From positions 2,095-66,094 of the forward strand of contig JAJEEA010000419.1 of assembly GCA_022821235.1 (NCBI GenBank): DNA of 64,000 nucleotides. Direction: 5' to 3'. Positions 22,045-33,189 of this stretch are shown here, piece after piece (the first letter of the stretch is position 1; every line of letters starts with the position of its first letter). This stretch comes from Vicinamibacteria bacterium. Its GTDB lineage: Bacteria; Acidobacteriota; Vicinamibacteria; Vicinamibacterales; UBA8438. A program made the translations under genes and the position numbers. The notes below the pieces were generated by a model. The model did not search any database and was not told the origin of the DNA. It was given only the letters and a program-made list of their open reading frames with translations.

Positions 22045-22542
22045 ATGACCGCACCGTTCAGCATCGAGCCGATAGCGCCGGACGATGTCGAGGGGCTTCA
22101 GGCCGCGGTCGAGGCGGTGGCGCGAGAGCGGCGCTACCTGGCGGCGGTAGACGGCTTCGGCGTCGACGGGACGCGGGCGTTCGTCGACGGCCTGGCGCGC
22201 GCGGGGGGCGTGCAGCTCGTGGTGCGGTCGGCGGGGCGGGTGGTCGGCTGGTGCGACGTGCAGCGGCACCCCTTCGAGGGGTTCCGGCACGGCGGGGTGC
22301 TCGGCATCGGCCTGCTGCCGGCGTGGCGGGCGCGGGGGGTGGGGGCGGCGCTTCTCGCGCGCACCCTGGAGGCGGCGGAGGCGGCGGGCATGACAAGGGT
22401 CGAGCTCGAGGTGTTCGCGTCGAACACGCGTGCGATCCGGCTCTTCGAGGGGGCGGGCTTCGTGCGCGAGGGCGTCAAGCGGCAGGCTCGCCTCCTCGAC
22501 GGCCGGGCCGACGACGTCGTGTGCATGGCCCGGCTCGCTTAG
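22045..22542 (+). CDS. GNAT family N-acetyltransferase
   Basis: Acetyl-CoA motif A region LLPAWRARGVGAALLARTLEAAEAAG. 165 aa. Confidence 0.8.
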   Translation: MTAPFSIEPIAPDDVEGLQAAVEAVARERRYLAAVDGFGVDGTRAFVDGLARAGGVQLVVRSAGRVVGWCDVQRHPFEGFRHGGVLGIGLLPAWRARGVGAALLARTLEAAEAAGMTRVELEVFASNTRAIRLFEGAGFVREGVKRQARLLDGRADDVVCMARLA

Positions 22543-22544
22543 CC

Positions 22545-22850
22545 CGGAGAGCGTCGCCTGCGGCTCCGCTCACCGCCCCAACCAATCCTGCCAGGAGTTG
22601 CATCGCTCTACGCCGCAGACTCCTGGCCCGCCAACCGTCGCTTGCGGCTCAACTCGGCGCCCAACCGACCCTGCCAGGACTTTGCATCGTTCTACGCCGC
22701 AGACTCCTGGCCAACCGCCTGCGGCTCCGCTCGACGCCCAACCAACCCTGCAGTCTGCACGGCTCCGCTCGACGCCGAGCCAACCTGCCTGGGAAGCCGG
22801 TCCCGCTCGCGGGCCGTCGGCCCAGCCCCACGCCGGTTGACGCGGGCATC
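22545..22850. repeat. array of about 4 REP-like units (family A)
   Basis: Recurring units of the form gtcgc(c/t)tgcggctc(c/a).ctc..cgcccaacc.accctgc(c)ag.a. Related copies are elsewhere in the window. Confidence 0.7.
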
Positions 22851-23015
22851 CCTTGCCGGCAGCAACTTGTGCTGTGCAACGCATCGCGGTGTCGAGAGTG
22901 ACCGCCCGTTGCCGTCCGCGGCCCCGTACCGCCGGAGAATGGTGCTATCGTATGGGGCACTGCTTTGCCAAGCTGGCGGACGTGTCGATTCACGCCGCCA
23001 GAGGAGGTATCGAAA

Positions 23016-25966
23016 ATGCAGCCGTCCGAGTCGCGGTGTTTCCTCGTTCTTCTGTGCCTGGCCAGCCTTGCGCCGGCGCTGTTCGCCCCCGCTCCCGCCC
23101 TCGCGCAGGGCGAGGCCGGCATCGCGGGCACCGTCGTCGACGACGTCGGGGGCGTGCTGCCCGGCGTGACCGTCGAGGCGCGCAGCCCCGCCCTCATCGA
23201 GCAGGTGCGCACGGTCTTCTCGGACGGCGCCGGGAACTACCGGATCACCAACCTGCCGTCGGGCACCTACTCGGTGGCCTTCACGCTGCCGGGCTTCAGC
23301 GTCGTGGTCCGCGAGGGCATCCTGCTGCAGGGCGCGTTCGTGGCCGACATCGATGCCGCCATGGCGGTGGGCGGCGTCGAGGAGACGGTGACGGTGGAGG
23401 GCATCGTGCCCCTGGTCGACGTCAGGACCACGCGGCAGCAGACGGTCATGCCGGCCGAGCGCGTCAACGTGCTGCCGGGGGCCGCGGGCATCACCAGCGC
23501 CGCCGCCTACGTGCCGGGGACGACCCTGGGCGAGACACTCGTGCCGGGCGACAACAACTACAACAACCTGCCCAGCCTGCACGGCTCCGATCCCCTCGAC
23601 GGACAGCCCGCCATCGACGGCATCAAGACCGGCGGACAGCTCCAGGGGCGGAACGAGTGGGGCGCCGGGGTCGGCGGGTCACCAACGAGGCGATGGTCAC
23701 CGAGGTCGTCTTCGACACCTCGTCGCAGTCGGCCGAGTACGCCCAGAGCGGCGTTCGGACCAACGTCGTGCCCAAGGCGGGCGGCAACGAGTTCTCCTAC
23801 AACTTCTTCATGAGCGGCACGAACGGCGGCTTCCAGTGGGACAACCAGAGCCAGGACCTGAAGGACCAGGGCTTCGAGTTCGCGCCCATCGACTACCAAT
23901 ACAGCTACAACCCCGCGGTGGGCGGGCCGCTCGTCGAGGACAAGCTGTGGTTCTTCGCCTCGATGATCAACGTCCGCAGCCGGCAGTACGTCCTCGACCG
24001 GTTCTGGGACCTCGACGAGCCGTCGACGCCCGACGGCGTTACCGCCGACGACCTGCGGGCGTTCACCTGGAACAGGAGCGGCAACTACAACATCCGCCTC
24101 ACGCACCAGGCCACCCAGCGCCACAAGTTCACGTGGAGCTACTTCGAGGAGCCCAAGGGGGGGCTTTCCGGCACCGAGTTCGCCTGGGCCGGCCGCACGA
24201 ACCCGGAGGCGTGGTACGAATGGGACGGGAGGCCGACGCGCATGCTGACGGGCCGCTGGACGGCGCCGGTGACGAACCGGCTACTCCTCGAGGCGCACGG
24301 GTCCTTCATGCAGGCCGACGTCAACACGAACCCCGTGGACCACGGCGGGGAGCTGCGGATGCCGAGGATCGACTGGGCGTTGGGCACGATGAGCGCCAGC
24401 TCCTTCCAGAACCACCACAACCACGACTTCCACCGCCGCCTGAATGCGTCGCTGTCCTACGTGACCGGCTCGCACAACTTCAAGGCCGGCCTCAACTTCG
24501 CGAACAACCGGACCGCTCTGGCCTTCACGGGGCCGGGGGACCTGTACACGGGCTACTTCTTCAACGGGTTCCCGGTCGGGGTCCTGGTGACGGGGAACGG
24601 CAGGCAGCGGCAGGGGATCATCCAGGACTGCGACTGCGGCATCTACGCGCAGGACGCGTGGACGATGGACCGCCTGACCCTCAACGCCGGCATCCGGTAC
24701 GACTGGTTCCAGAGCTCGGTGCCGGGCGGAACGCGGGACGCCGGCTACTTCGCGCCGGCGCTGACCTTGCCCGACCCCGTCGTCGAGAACATCCCCAACT
24801 GGCAGGACGTCAACGTGCGGTTCGGCGCCGCCTTCGACCTGATCGGCGACGGCTCGACGGCGGTGAAGTTCTCCGGCGGGCGGTACATCGCGAACGAAGG
24901 GACGGGCGTCACCCAGGGGTACAACCCCATCTACCCCTACAACCTGCTCGACTACCGGCCGTGGACCGACCTCAACGGCGACGCGACCGCCCTCAACGCG
25001 GACGGGACGCCGCAGCTCGACGAGATCGGGCCCTCGAACAACCCCAACTACGGGTTGTCGACCATCACGACCCAGTACGACCCGAACCTGCCGCGCGCCA
25101 GCAACTGGGAGTACTCCGCGGGCGTCGAGCGGCAACTGGGCGCCGGCTGGGCGCTGAGCGTGATGTGGCACCGGCGCGCGTACACCAACTTCGACTGGTT
25201 CGACAACCTGAACACCTCGGCGGCCGACTGGCACATGGCGGGTGTATGGACCGGGCCGGACGATCCGGCTTTGCCCGCTGTCGCCCGCGGCGTGCAGGTT
25301 CCCATCTACATCACCGATCCCGGCCTCGACATCCAGACCGGGAACGACTTCCACACCGTGGCGTCGGAGAACTCCCGGACGTGGAACGGGTTCGAGGTGA
25401 TTCTCGACGGGGAGCTCCCCCGTGGCGGCTTCATGACCGCCAGCGTCACGGCGGGCACGAACAAGAACAACTTCTGCCACCGGGGTATGTTCGAGAACCC
25501 CAACGCACTCCGGTTCTGCGAGACGCGGATGCCGTACCGGCCCATGGGCAAGCTGTCGGGGGCGCTGCCGCTGCCGTTCGACACCATGATCTCGGGCCTC
25601 ATCCAGGTGTTTCCGGGCGCGCCCATCAGTGCTTCCTATGCCATCAACGCGGTCGATTTCCCCGCTCTCGTGAACCTCGGGGATCCTGACGACGCGAACC
25701 CGAACCTCGAGGTCAACCTGATCGAGCCGGGTACGGTATTCGAGGACTACACCACGGAGATGCAGTTGCGGTTCTCGAAGGTCGTCACGATCAACGACGT
25801 CCGGACGCGGTTCTACATGGACGCGACGAACATCACCAACCGCGCCCGGATCACGAGCCGGAACCGGTTCTACGGCGGCGGGGGCGTCAAGAACCCGGAC
25901 TTCCTCCGGATCAACACCATCGAGCCGGGCCGGCGCTTGTCGTTCGGCATGCAGATGTACTTCTAG
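23016..25966 (+). CDS. TonB-dependent-receptor-like outer-membrane protein with N-terminal CarboxypepD_reg domain; apparent frameshift near 23676
   Basis: GAGGAGG 8 nt upstream of ATG 23016 and a signal peptide. GIAGTVVDDVGGVLPGVTVEARS...GNYRITNLPSGTY. The protein ends in ...SFGMQMYF. The N-terminal part (frame of 22965) and the rest (frame of 22853) join at a GGG run. Confidence 0.7.
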
Positions 25967-26287
25967 AGGTCGGGTCCACCGGGAACGCCGGGCGTCTGCC
26001 GGTCGCCCGGCGTTCCTCTCCGTTTCGACCACGCAGCTTGCAGCGTTTCGCAGCCGGTACCGGGGCGCGTTCTCGTGACCGGCCCGGGCGTGGCGGAGAA
26101 ACCGCCTCCAGGCACGCCGAAGGGCTGCAGGCCGCGTTCGCTTGAACTCGGCCGACGTTCGGCCGTCGAACACGTGTTTCCCTGTCGGAGCACGTGTTCC
26201 CTGCACGGAGTTCCGGGGCTGGAACTTCCGCCTGAACGGGTCGGTCGCCGGCCATCAGTGCGCCAAGTGTGTCCTGCCGAGGTTGCC

Positions 26288-27313
26288 ATGCATTGCTCCC
26301 GCCGGTTCCTCCACGGCGTGTCCGCCGCCGCGATCCTCCTGCTCGGTCCGCCCGAGGGGCTCGCACAGCAGGAAGAGGGGCGCATCCAGGGCCGGGTGTT
26401 CATCGAAGGGACCCGCGACCCCGTGATCGGCGCTTTCGTCCGGGCCGACCCTCCCCTGTTCTCGCCCAACGGCGACCGGCTGCAAATGGCCGCGCCCATG
26501 GAGACCGTCACCGACGACGACGGCCGCTTCGCCCTGACGTGGATGCGGAGCGGCATCTGGAACACGATGATCATGGCCGAGGGCTACGAGGACGCCCAGT
26601 TGCGCATCGAGGTGACGCAGCGCCGATCGAACGCGTGCACGCCGACGAAGATGCAGAACTGCGTGCAGCCCATCGAGTACTACATGGTCCCGCTGAAGGT
26701 GGACGCGGAAGACCAGGTGGAGTCGATCCTGGCCGGGTTGGACGTCGAGGAGACGGAGCTCGATCGGGCCGTCGCCGACCTCGGCGCGGCCGACGACGCC
26801 TACAACCGCCAGGACTACCGGACCGCCATCGACGGCTACTCCCGACTGCTCGCGCGGTGGCCGCAGATGACCACCCTGCACCAGGACATCGGCGACGCGC
26901 ACCGGGCGCTGGCGGAGTTCGACGCGGCGATCGCCGCCTACGAGCGCTACCGGGCGGCCGCCCCGGGCGACGCGGCGATCGAGCGGAAGATCGCCCGGGC
27001 GCAGCTTCTGATGGGCGACCTCGCCGCGGCCCGCGACCTCGCAGCCGCGGGCGGCGACGCGTCGCCCGAGGACCTCTACAATCTCGGCGAGGTCGCGTTC
27101 AGCGAGGGCGACGTCGACGCCGCCGCCGGCTGGTACGAGAAGTCGGCCGCCGCCGATCCCGAGTGGGCGCCCCCCGTCTTCAAGCTCGGCATGGTGGCCC
27201 TGAACCGGGGCGACATCGAGGGCGCCAAGGCGCTGTTCCAGCAGGTCGTCGACCTCGAGCCCGACTCGGAGGAGGCCGCGCAGGCCCAGGGGATACTGGC
27301 GGCGCTGCCCTGA
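26288..27313 (+). CDS. secreted CarboxypepD_reg-like + TPR repeat protein
   Basis: ATG at 26288 with a signal peptide. GRIQGRVFIEG...DDDGRFAL, then TPR-like repeats (YNRQDYRTAIDGYSRLL...). Confidence 0.6.
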   Translation: MHCSRRFLHGVSAAAILLLGPPEGLAQQEEGRIQGRVFIEGTRDPVIGAFVRADPPLFSPNGDRLQMAAPMETVTDDDGRFALTWMRSGIWNTMIMAEGYEDAQLRIEVTQRRSNACTPTKMQNCVQPIEYYMVPLKVDAEDQVESILAGLDVEETELDRAVADLGAADDAYNRQDYRTAIDGYSRLLARWPQMTTLHQDIGDAHRALAEFDAAIAAYERYRAAAPGDAAIERKIARAQLLMGDLAAARDLAAAGGDASPEDLYNLGEVAFSEGDVDAAAGWYEKSAAADPEWAPPVFKLGMVALNRGDIEGAKALFQQVVDLEPDSEEAAQAQGILAALP

Positions 27314-27501
27314 AGCCGGTTCGGGCGTTGCGACGTGGGTGGCGCGGCAGCAACACTCGTCGCTGTCGCCGCGGCGCTGCCTTGAAGCCCGCGCGAGTTC
27401 CTGCGACGGGCCGAGCGCTGCAATCGGAACCGGCGTGGCCGCCCTGAGGTCGGTTCGAGCATTTGCCACGGGCCGGAGTTCTGCAACCGGAGGTTCTCGA
27501 C

Positions 27502-28440
27502 ATGACGCCCGAAACCACGCGAAGCCGCTCCGTCGTCGGGGTTCTCGTCGCCCTCGCCCTCGTCGCCACCGGCGCGCCCTGGACGGGCCACGTCGCGTCG
27601 GCGCAGACCCAGTCGTTCTTCGTCAGCTTCACCGACGGCGCCGGCGCCCCGGTCACCGACATGAACCGCACGGAGGTGTTCGTCGAGACCGACGGCGAGC
27701 GCAGCGAGGCGCTCGGCCTCGAGCCGCTCCGCTGGCCGCTGCGGGTGACGGTCTTCGTCGACAACGGGTTGGCGAGTCCGCCCCTGCTGGACCACATGCG
27801 CGAGGGGCTGCGGCGCTTCCTGGACGCGCTGCCCGCGGACATCGAGGTGGCGATTGCGACCATCGGAGGGCGGCCACAGTTCCGGGTCCGGCACACCACC
27901 GACCGGATCGACCTCGAGGACGCGGTCGGGGTGATCGCGCCGGAGATGGACGGCGCGGCCAGCTTCCTCGACGCGCTCTACGAGGAGGCGGAGCGGCTGC
28001 ACGAGGACGAGGCGGGCGAGTACTTCCCCGTCATCGTGATGGTCGCGACCAACGGCCCCGAGGGGAGCACGCGGGTGCGCGAGCGGCCCTTCCGCGAGAT
28101 GATGGAGCGCCTGATTGCCAACCGGGCCGCCCTCCACACCCGCATGTACACCTTCACGTCGGTCACCGGGGTCAAGCAGGGCGGCGACCAGATGCGGTGG
28201 GCCATGGACATCGGCCGGGTGACGGCGGGCAGCTACGACGGGCTGAGCTCGGCCATCGGGTTTCGCACCCAGCTCCCGGATCTGGCCGAGGACCTCGGCC
28301 GGAAACACCGGCTGATGAGCAACCAGTACTTGCTGACCTACACGCCGCCGGAGAACGCGACCGCGCAATCGGTCGTCAGGCTGCTGACCACGCGGGCCGG
28401 CGTCCGGATGGTCCCCACGCGCGACGGGAAGCTGCCGTAA
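27502..28440 (+). CDS. secreted VWA-related domain protein (paralogue of 33190..34122)
   Basis: GGAGG upstream of ATG 27502 and a signal peptide. VTVFVDNG...IEVAIATIGGRPQ...VIVMVATNGPEGS layout, like acidobacterial VWFA-related proteins. Confidence 0.6.
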   Translation: MTPETTRSRSVVGVLVALALVATGAPWTGHVASAQTQSFFVSFTDGAGAPVTDMNRTEVFVETDGERSEALGLEPLRWPLRVTVFVDNGLASPPLLDHMREGLRRFLDALPADIEVAIATIGGRPQFRVRHTTDRIDLEDAVGVIAPEMDGAASFLDALYEEAERLHEDEAGEYFPVIVMVATNGPEGSTRVRERPFREMMERLIANRAALHTRMYTFTSVTGVKQGGDQMRWAMDIGRVTAGSYDGLSSAIGFRTQLPDLAEDLGRKHRLMSNQYLLTYTPPENATAQSVVRLLTTRAGVRMVPTRDGKLP

Positions 28441-28719
28441 CGGGGGGCGGACCGGTGTTCTCGACGGCTGAGTGTCGGCGGGGTTGGAGATTGGGATAGA
28501 GGAGAGCGTCCGCTCAGGGTGCCGAGCAGCACCTTGTCGAACGTCCGGCGAACCCGGCGTTGCCGTACAGGGTCTGCTCTCGGCCCGTCGCCCCCCCCGG
28601 CGCTCGCGATGCCGATTCCCGGGTCGTAGCTACGCGGGACGAACACGTCGCCGAGACCGTCGTGCCGATCTCGTCGGTGGGCGGTCAGGGCGCGTCCCGG
28701 CACTCGGTGAGTTGCGTCA

Positions 28720-28910
28720 ACCGAGCGACCAGCTCGTCGCCGTCGGCGGCCCGCACGATCCAATCGCCCGCCGCGGCCAGACCCTCCAGATCGGTAGCGT
28801 CGAGAAATCGATGTCGTCCGCTCGCGGACCGGCCGCGAAGCCGCGCAGCAGGTCTTCGACCATGCGCGGGAATGCGAACAGCTTCTTGTAGGTCTCGTCG
28901 TGCACGTCTC
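28720..28910 (-). pseudogene. N-terminal fragment of an Rpn-family (YhgA-like) PD-(D/E)XK nuclease/putative transposase
   Basis: VHDETYKKLFAFPRMVEDLLRGFAAG...DIDFSTL matches the conserved N-terminus of this family as I recall it. The frame then degenerates. Confidence 0.45.
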
Positions 28911-29092
28911 CAGCCTTCCCGACCGGCGCAACCCGCCGGCGGTCGAAGAAGACTGGATGCAAACGCCGCGCCGAGCCCGTCCGCGACCGTCCCGCCAATC
29001 CGGCGCGAGCACCTCCGGCGAGGGAAGCCGGCGTCGGGACACCCGGTGAGGGCAAGGCGGACAACATCGATTCGACGTGTGATAATCGCGCC

Positions 29093-30916
29093 GTGCGCCT
29101 GATCTCTCGGCGTTTCGGCGGCGGTGCGGCCATCGGACTGGTCCTGGCGATTCTGTTTCCGGCCGGGGCCGGCATCCCGTCGGACGACGTCCACGCGGCA
29201 CCGCAGTGGGCGGTGACACCGGCGGGCGATACGTGGTTCACCGATCGGGCTGAAGAGGCCGGCATCGACCTCGTGCACGTCAACGGGGCGTCGGGCCGTC
29301 TCTACGTGAGCGAGATTCTCGGTCCGGGCGCCGCGATGTTCGACTTCGACGGCGACGGCGACCTCGACGTCTACGTCGTGCAGGGCCGAACGTTCGGCGA
29401 GGGCCCGACGTCCGTCCCGGGAGCCGTCCCGCCCGAGGGCCGTCCGCCGGAGGATCGCCTGTACCGGAACGACATCGTGGTGCACGCCGACGGAACGCGC
29501 ACCCTGCGCTTCACCGACGTCACCGCGGGCAGCGGCCTCGACGCGGCCGCGTACGGCATGGGCGTCGCGGCGGGCGACTTCGACAACGACGGCCAGGTCG
29601 ACCTGTACCGCACCGCCCTGGGGGCGAACCAGCTCTTCCGCAACAACGGCGACGGCACCTTCACCGACGTCACCGGGCAAGCGGGCGTCGGGGACCCCCG
29701 GTGGAGCGTGTCGGCCTCGTTCGCCGACCTCGACCGCGACGGCTGGCTCGACCTGTTCGTCGGCAACTACCTCGACCACCGTGTCGACGCGCCCCAGCCC
29801 GAGTGCTTCACCCGCACCGGGGAGCGGGACTACTGCGGGCCCAGCGCCTTCGACTCCGTTCCCGACCAGCTCTATCGCAACCGGGGGGACGGGACGTTCG
29901 CCGACGTCACCGCGATGTCGGGGGTGGCGCGCGAGTACGGCGCCGCTCTCGGGGTCGCGGCCTTCGACGCCGACGGGGACGGATGGACGGACGTCTACGT
30001 CGCCAACGACGGCGAGCCGAACCAGCTCTGGATGAACCGGCGGGACGGGACCTTCACGAACGGCGCCCTGCTCGCGGGGGCGGCCCTCAACGACAGCGGC
30101 CGGACGGAGGGCAGCATGGGGGTCGACGCCGGCGACTTCGACGGCGACGGCGACGACGACCTCTTCATGACCCACCTGACGCGGGAGACCAACACCCTCT
30201 ACGTCAACGACGGCCTCGGGCTCTTCGAGGACCGGACCGCGACCATCGGCCTCGGGGCCCCGAGCCTCGCCTACACCGGCTTCGGGACGGCGTGGCTCGA
30301 CTTCGACAACGACGGCTGGCTGGACCTGCTGGCCGTCAACGGGGCGGTCCAGGCCAGTCACCAGCGGTTCGCGGGCGCCGGGGGCGCGTCCGCGCGGGCG
30401 GGGGAGCCGTTGCCCCTGGACCAGCCCAACCAGCTCTTCCGCAATCTCGGGAACGGGCGGTTCGACGAGGTGACCCGGCAGGCCGGGGCCGTCTTCGGGC
30501 TGTCGGAGGTGAGCCGCGGCGCCGCCTTCGGCGACGTCGACAACGACGGCGACGTGGACGTCCTCGTGACCAACAACAACGGCCGGGCGCGCTTGCTGAT
30601 CAACGAGGTGGGCAACCGCAAGCGGTGGCTTGGCCTCCGGTTGGTCGGTGGCCCCGGTCGCCGGGACATGCCGGGTGCCAAAGTGGGGGTTTTCCGCGAC
30701 GACGGCCCTCCGCTGTGGCGCCGTGCGCGGGCCGACGGCAGCTACGCCTCGGCCAACGACCCGAGAGTGCTGGTGGGGCTGGGCGACGCCGTCGCGGTGC
30801 GGCGGGTCCGCGTCGTCTGGCCGAGTGGCCGCGAGGAGGAATGGACGGGCCTGCCGGTGGACCGGTGGCTGACGCTCGAGGAGGGTGGCGGCGAGAGCCC
30901 GGAGTCCGGGTCGTAG
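29093..30916 (+). CDS. CRTAC1-family protein (FG-GAP/VCBS repeats + ASPIC/UnbV)
   Basis: Seven DxDxDG-type repeats (DFDGDGDLDVYV, GDFDNDGQVDLY, ...) and a C-terminal RWLGLRLVG...VRVVWPSG. Confidence 0.8.
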   Translation: MRLISRRFGGGAAIGLVLAILFPAGAGIPSDDVHAAPQWAVTPAGDTWFTDRAEEAGIDLVHVNGASGRLYVSEILGPGAAMFDFDGDGDLDVYVVQGRTFGEGPTSVPGAVPPEGRPPEDRLYRNDIVVHADGTRTLRFTDVTAGSGLDAAAYGMGVAAGDFDNDGQVDLYRTALGANQLFRNNGDGTFTDVTGQAGVGDPRWSVSASFADLDRDGWLDLFVGNYLDHRVDAPQPECFTRTGERDYCGPSAFDSVPDQLYRNRGDGTFADVTAMSGVAREYGAALGVAAFDADGDGWTDVYVANDGEPNQLWMNRRDGTFTNGALLAGAALNDSGRTEGSMGVDAGDFDGDGDDDLFMTHLTRETNTLYVNDGLGLFEDRTATIGLGAPSLAYTGFGTAWLDFDNDGWLDLLAVNGAVQASHQRFAGAGGASARAGEPLPLDQPNQLFRNLGNGRFDEVTRQAGAVFGLSEVSRGAAFGDVDNDGDVDVLVTNNNGRARLLINEVGNRKRWLGLRLVGGPGRRDMPGAKVGVFRDDGPPLWRRARADGSYASANDPRVLVGLGDAVAVRRVRVVWPSGREEEWTGLPVDRWLTLEEGGGESPESGS

Positions 30917-31151
30917 CAGCGGCGTCGGCTTCGGCGCAGGGCGGCGCCGAGTCGTGGAGCTGTTTCCGAGGCGCGCCTGCCAGCATCTGCTCGACGTGGG
31001 CGAGCCGGTGCGCCGCCGAGTCGTGGAGGGAGGCGCTGCTCCCGAGGCGCTGACCGCCGAGGGAGGCGCTGACTTCCGAGAGTTGGCCGGGTCGGATTCG
31101 CCGGTGCGGCGGCGGGGTGCCACGCGGCGATCTGGGGGCTGGGGGCAGGGA

Positions 31152-32912
31152 GTGACGGTGGAACGGAAGCTGTCGGGCGGCGTCGCGGCGGCGTGCCTGC
31201 TGCTGGCGGCGAGCGGCCATGCGGCCGGAGGTCCGATCGGGGGGGCGGCCGCCCCGTCGCCGGCAGACGGTGCCGGGCCGGCTCCGATCGGCGGCGCCGG
31301 CGTGGTCGCGGCTCCACGCTTGGCCGCCTCGTCACCGGCGGGCCCGGCCCAACCCGCGCTCCTGCCGGTCGTCCTGCCCGACCTCGACCGCGCGCATGCT
31401 TCCGTTCGAGCGCAGCTCCGCGAGGCGTACGCGGCGGCGGTGACCGAGGCGGGGCCAGGGTGGAGCGGCGGGGCCTGGGGCGAGCTGGGCCGGCTGCTGA
31501 TGGCCGGCGAGTACCTCGACGAGGCGGAGCGCTGCTTCCGGAATGCCCACGTGCTCGCCCCCGACGACTTCCGCTGGCCCTACTACCTGGCGCATGTCTT
31601 CAGGAGCACGGGGCGGCTGACGGAGGCGGTCGAGCACTTCGAGCGCGCCCTGCGCCTGCGCCCCGGCGATCTCGCCGCCCTCACGTGGCTGGGGCAGGTC
31701 CATGTCGACGCGGGTCGGCCGGAAGCGGCCAAGCCGCACCTCGCCAGGGCCCGCGTCCTCCACCCGGACACCCCGGCGGTGCTGTTCCAGCTCGGCCGCG
31801 CCGCCACGGCCCGGCGGGACTACGCGACCGCCGTGGCGTGGTTCGAGGACGCGCTGCGGCTGGAGCCTGCCGCCACGGCCATCCACTATCCCCTCGCCAT
31901 GGCCTACCGGGGTCTCGGCGATCTCGAGAAGGCGCGGGCCTACCTCGACGGCCGCGGGGGCCGCGCCGGCGACGGGGCCGGCGTCACTCTCGCGGACCCG
32001 TTGATGGCGGAGGTGAACACGGCGCTGCGGAGCCCGCAGGTCCACTGGGACCTCGGGCTGGTCGCCGGCGCGAGGGACGACTGGCCCGAGGCGGTGCGGC
32101 AGTTCCGGGAGGCGGCCCGGCTCGCGCCCGAGCTGCCGGTCGTGCGGCTGAACCTCGGCCTCGCCCTGAACCGCACGGGCGACGCCCGCGCCGCGCTCGA
32201 CCAGCTCGGGGAGGCGGTGCGCCTCGACCCCCGGCTGGCCGCCGCGCACTTCGCGATGGGAACCCTCTACGAACGGAGCGGTCGTGACGAGGAGGCGAGG
32301 GAGCGCTACACGCTCGTCGCGACCTACGACCCCAACCACGCCGAGGCGCACCTCAGGCTGGCCGACACGCTTCGTCGGACCGACCGGCTCGAGGCGTCGC
32401 TGGCGCCCTACCGGCGCGCGCTCCAGCTCGAGCCGGGCTGGCGGGAGGCGCGGTTCGGCGAGGCGATGGCCCTGGTGCGCCTGGCCCGCTACCCGGAGGC
32501 GGTGCAGCGTCTCCGCGCGGCGATGGATCTCCATCCCGGGGAGCCGGCGTTCCCGCTCGCGGTCGCGCGCCTACTGGCCGCCGCCCCCGACCCGCGGGTG
32601 CGCGACGGTTCGGAGGCGCTGGCGCTGGCGCAGGCGGTGGAGGCGACCCTCAAGACCACGGCCGTCGCCGAGACGATGGCAATGGACCTCGCCGAGCTGG
32701 GCCGGTTCGCCGAGGCGGTCGAGTGGCAACGGGCGGCGATGGCGGGCGCGGCGGCGGGAGGGCAGGCCGGGGTCTCGCAGCGAATGGCCGCCAACCTGGC
32801 CCTCTACCGTCTCGGCCGGCCCTGCCGCACGCCCTGGCGCGACGACGACCCGGAGCACCGGCCCGGGCCGGTCGCGGAGCCGGGACTCCTGGATCCGCCG
32901 TCCGCGTTCTGA
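31152..32912 (+). CDS. secreted TPR repeat protein
   Basis: GTG at 31152 or 31158 followed by a signal peptide, then more than 10 TPR-like repeats. Typical partner of CRTAC1 genes. Confidence 0.7.
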   Translation: MTVERKLSGGVAAACLLLAASGHAAGGPIGGAAAPSPADGAGPAPIGGAGVVAAPRLAASSPAGPAQPALLPVVLPDLDRAHASVRAQLREAYAAAVTEAGPGWSGGAWGELGRLLMAGEYLDEAERCFRNAHVLAPDDFRWPYYLAHVFRSTGRLTEAVEHFERALRLRPGDLAALTWLGQVHVDAGRPEAAKPHLARARVLHPDTPAVLFQLGRAATARRDYATAVAWFEDALRLEPAATAIHYPLAMAYRGLGDLEKARAYLDGRGGRAGDGAGVTLADPLMAEVNTALRSPQVHWDLGLVAGARDDWPEAVRQFREAARLAPELPVVRLNLGLALNRTGDARAALDQLGEAVRLDPRLAAAHFAMGTLYERSGRDEEARERYTLVATYDPNHAEAHLRLADTLRRTDRLEASLAPYRRALQLEPGWREARFGEAMALVRLARYPEAVQRLRAAMDLHPGEPAFPLAVARLLAAAPDPRVRDGSEALALAQAVEATLKTTAVAETMAMDLAELGRFAEAVEWQRAAMAGAAAGGQAGVSQRMAANLALYRLGRPCRTPWRDDDPEHRPGPVAEPGLLDPPSAF

Positions 32913-33189
32913 GCGAGGTCCGCTGTCCGGTGGCCCGCGTCGGCCGGATTCGCACGGGCTGGCGGAAGCGGTTGGTGGTTGGCGTCGGCGAGCCTCGGCG
33001 CACGTCCGTCGGGCGCGTCAGGCTGCCGGCAGCGGGGGGGCCTGCAGGCCGATGACGGTCGTCCCGCAGCCGCTCGCGTCCGGCCCGGTAAACCGGGGGT
33101 CACGCGGGGTCGACGGCGACCGCCAGCGGATCCTGCGACCGGAAGTCACCCGCGGCTCCTGGTCCGGAACGGCGCGGGCCGGGGCGGTT

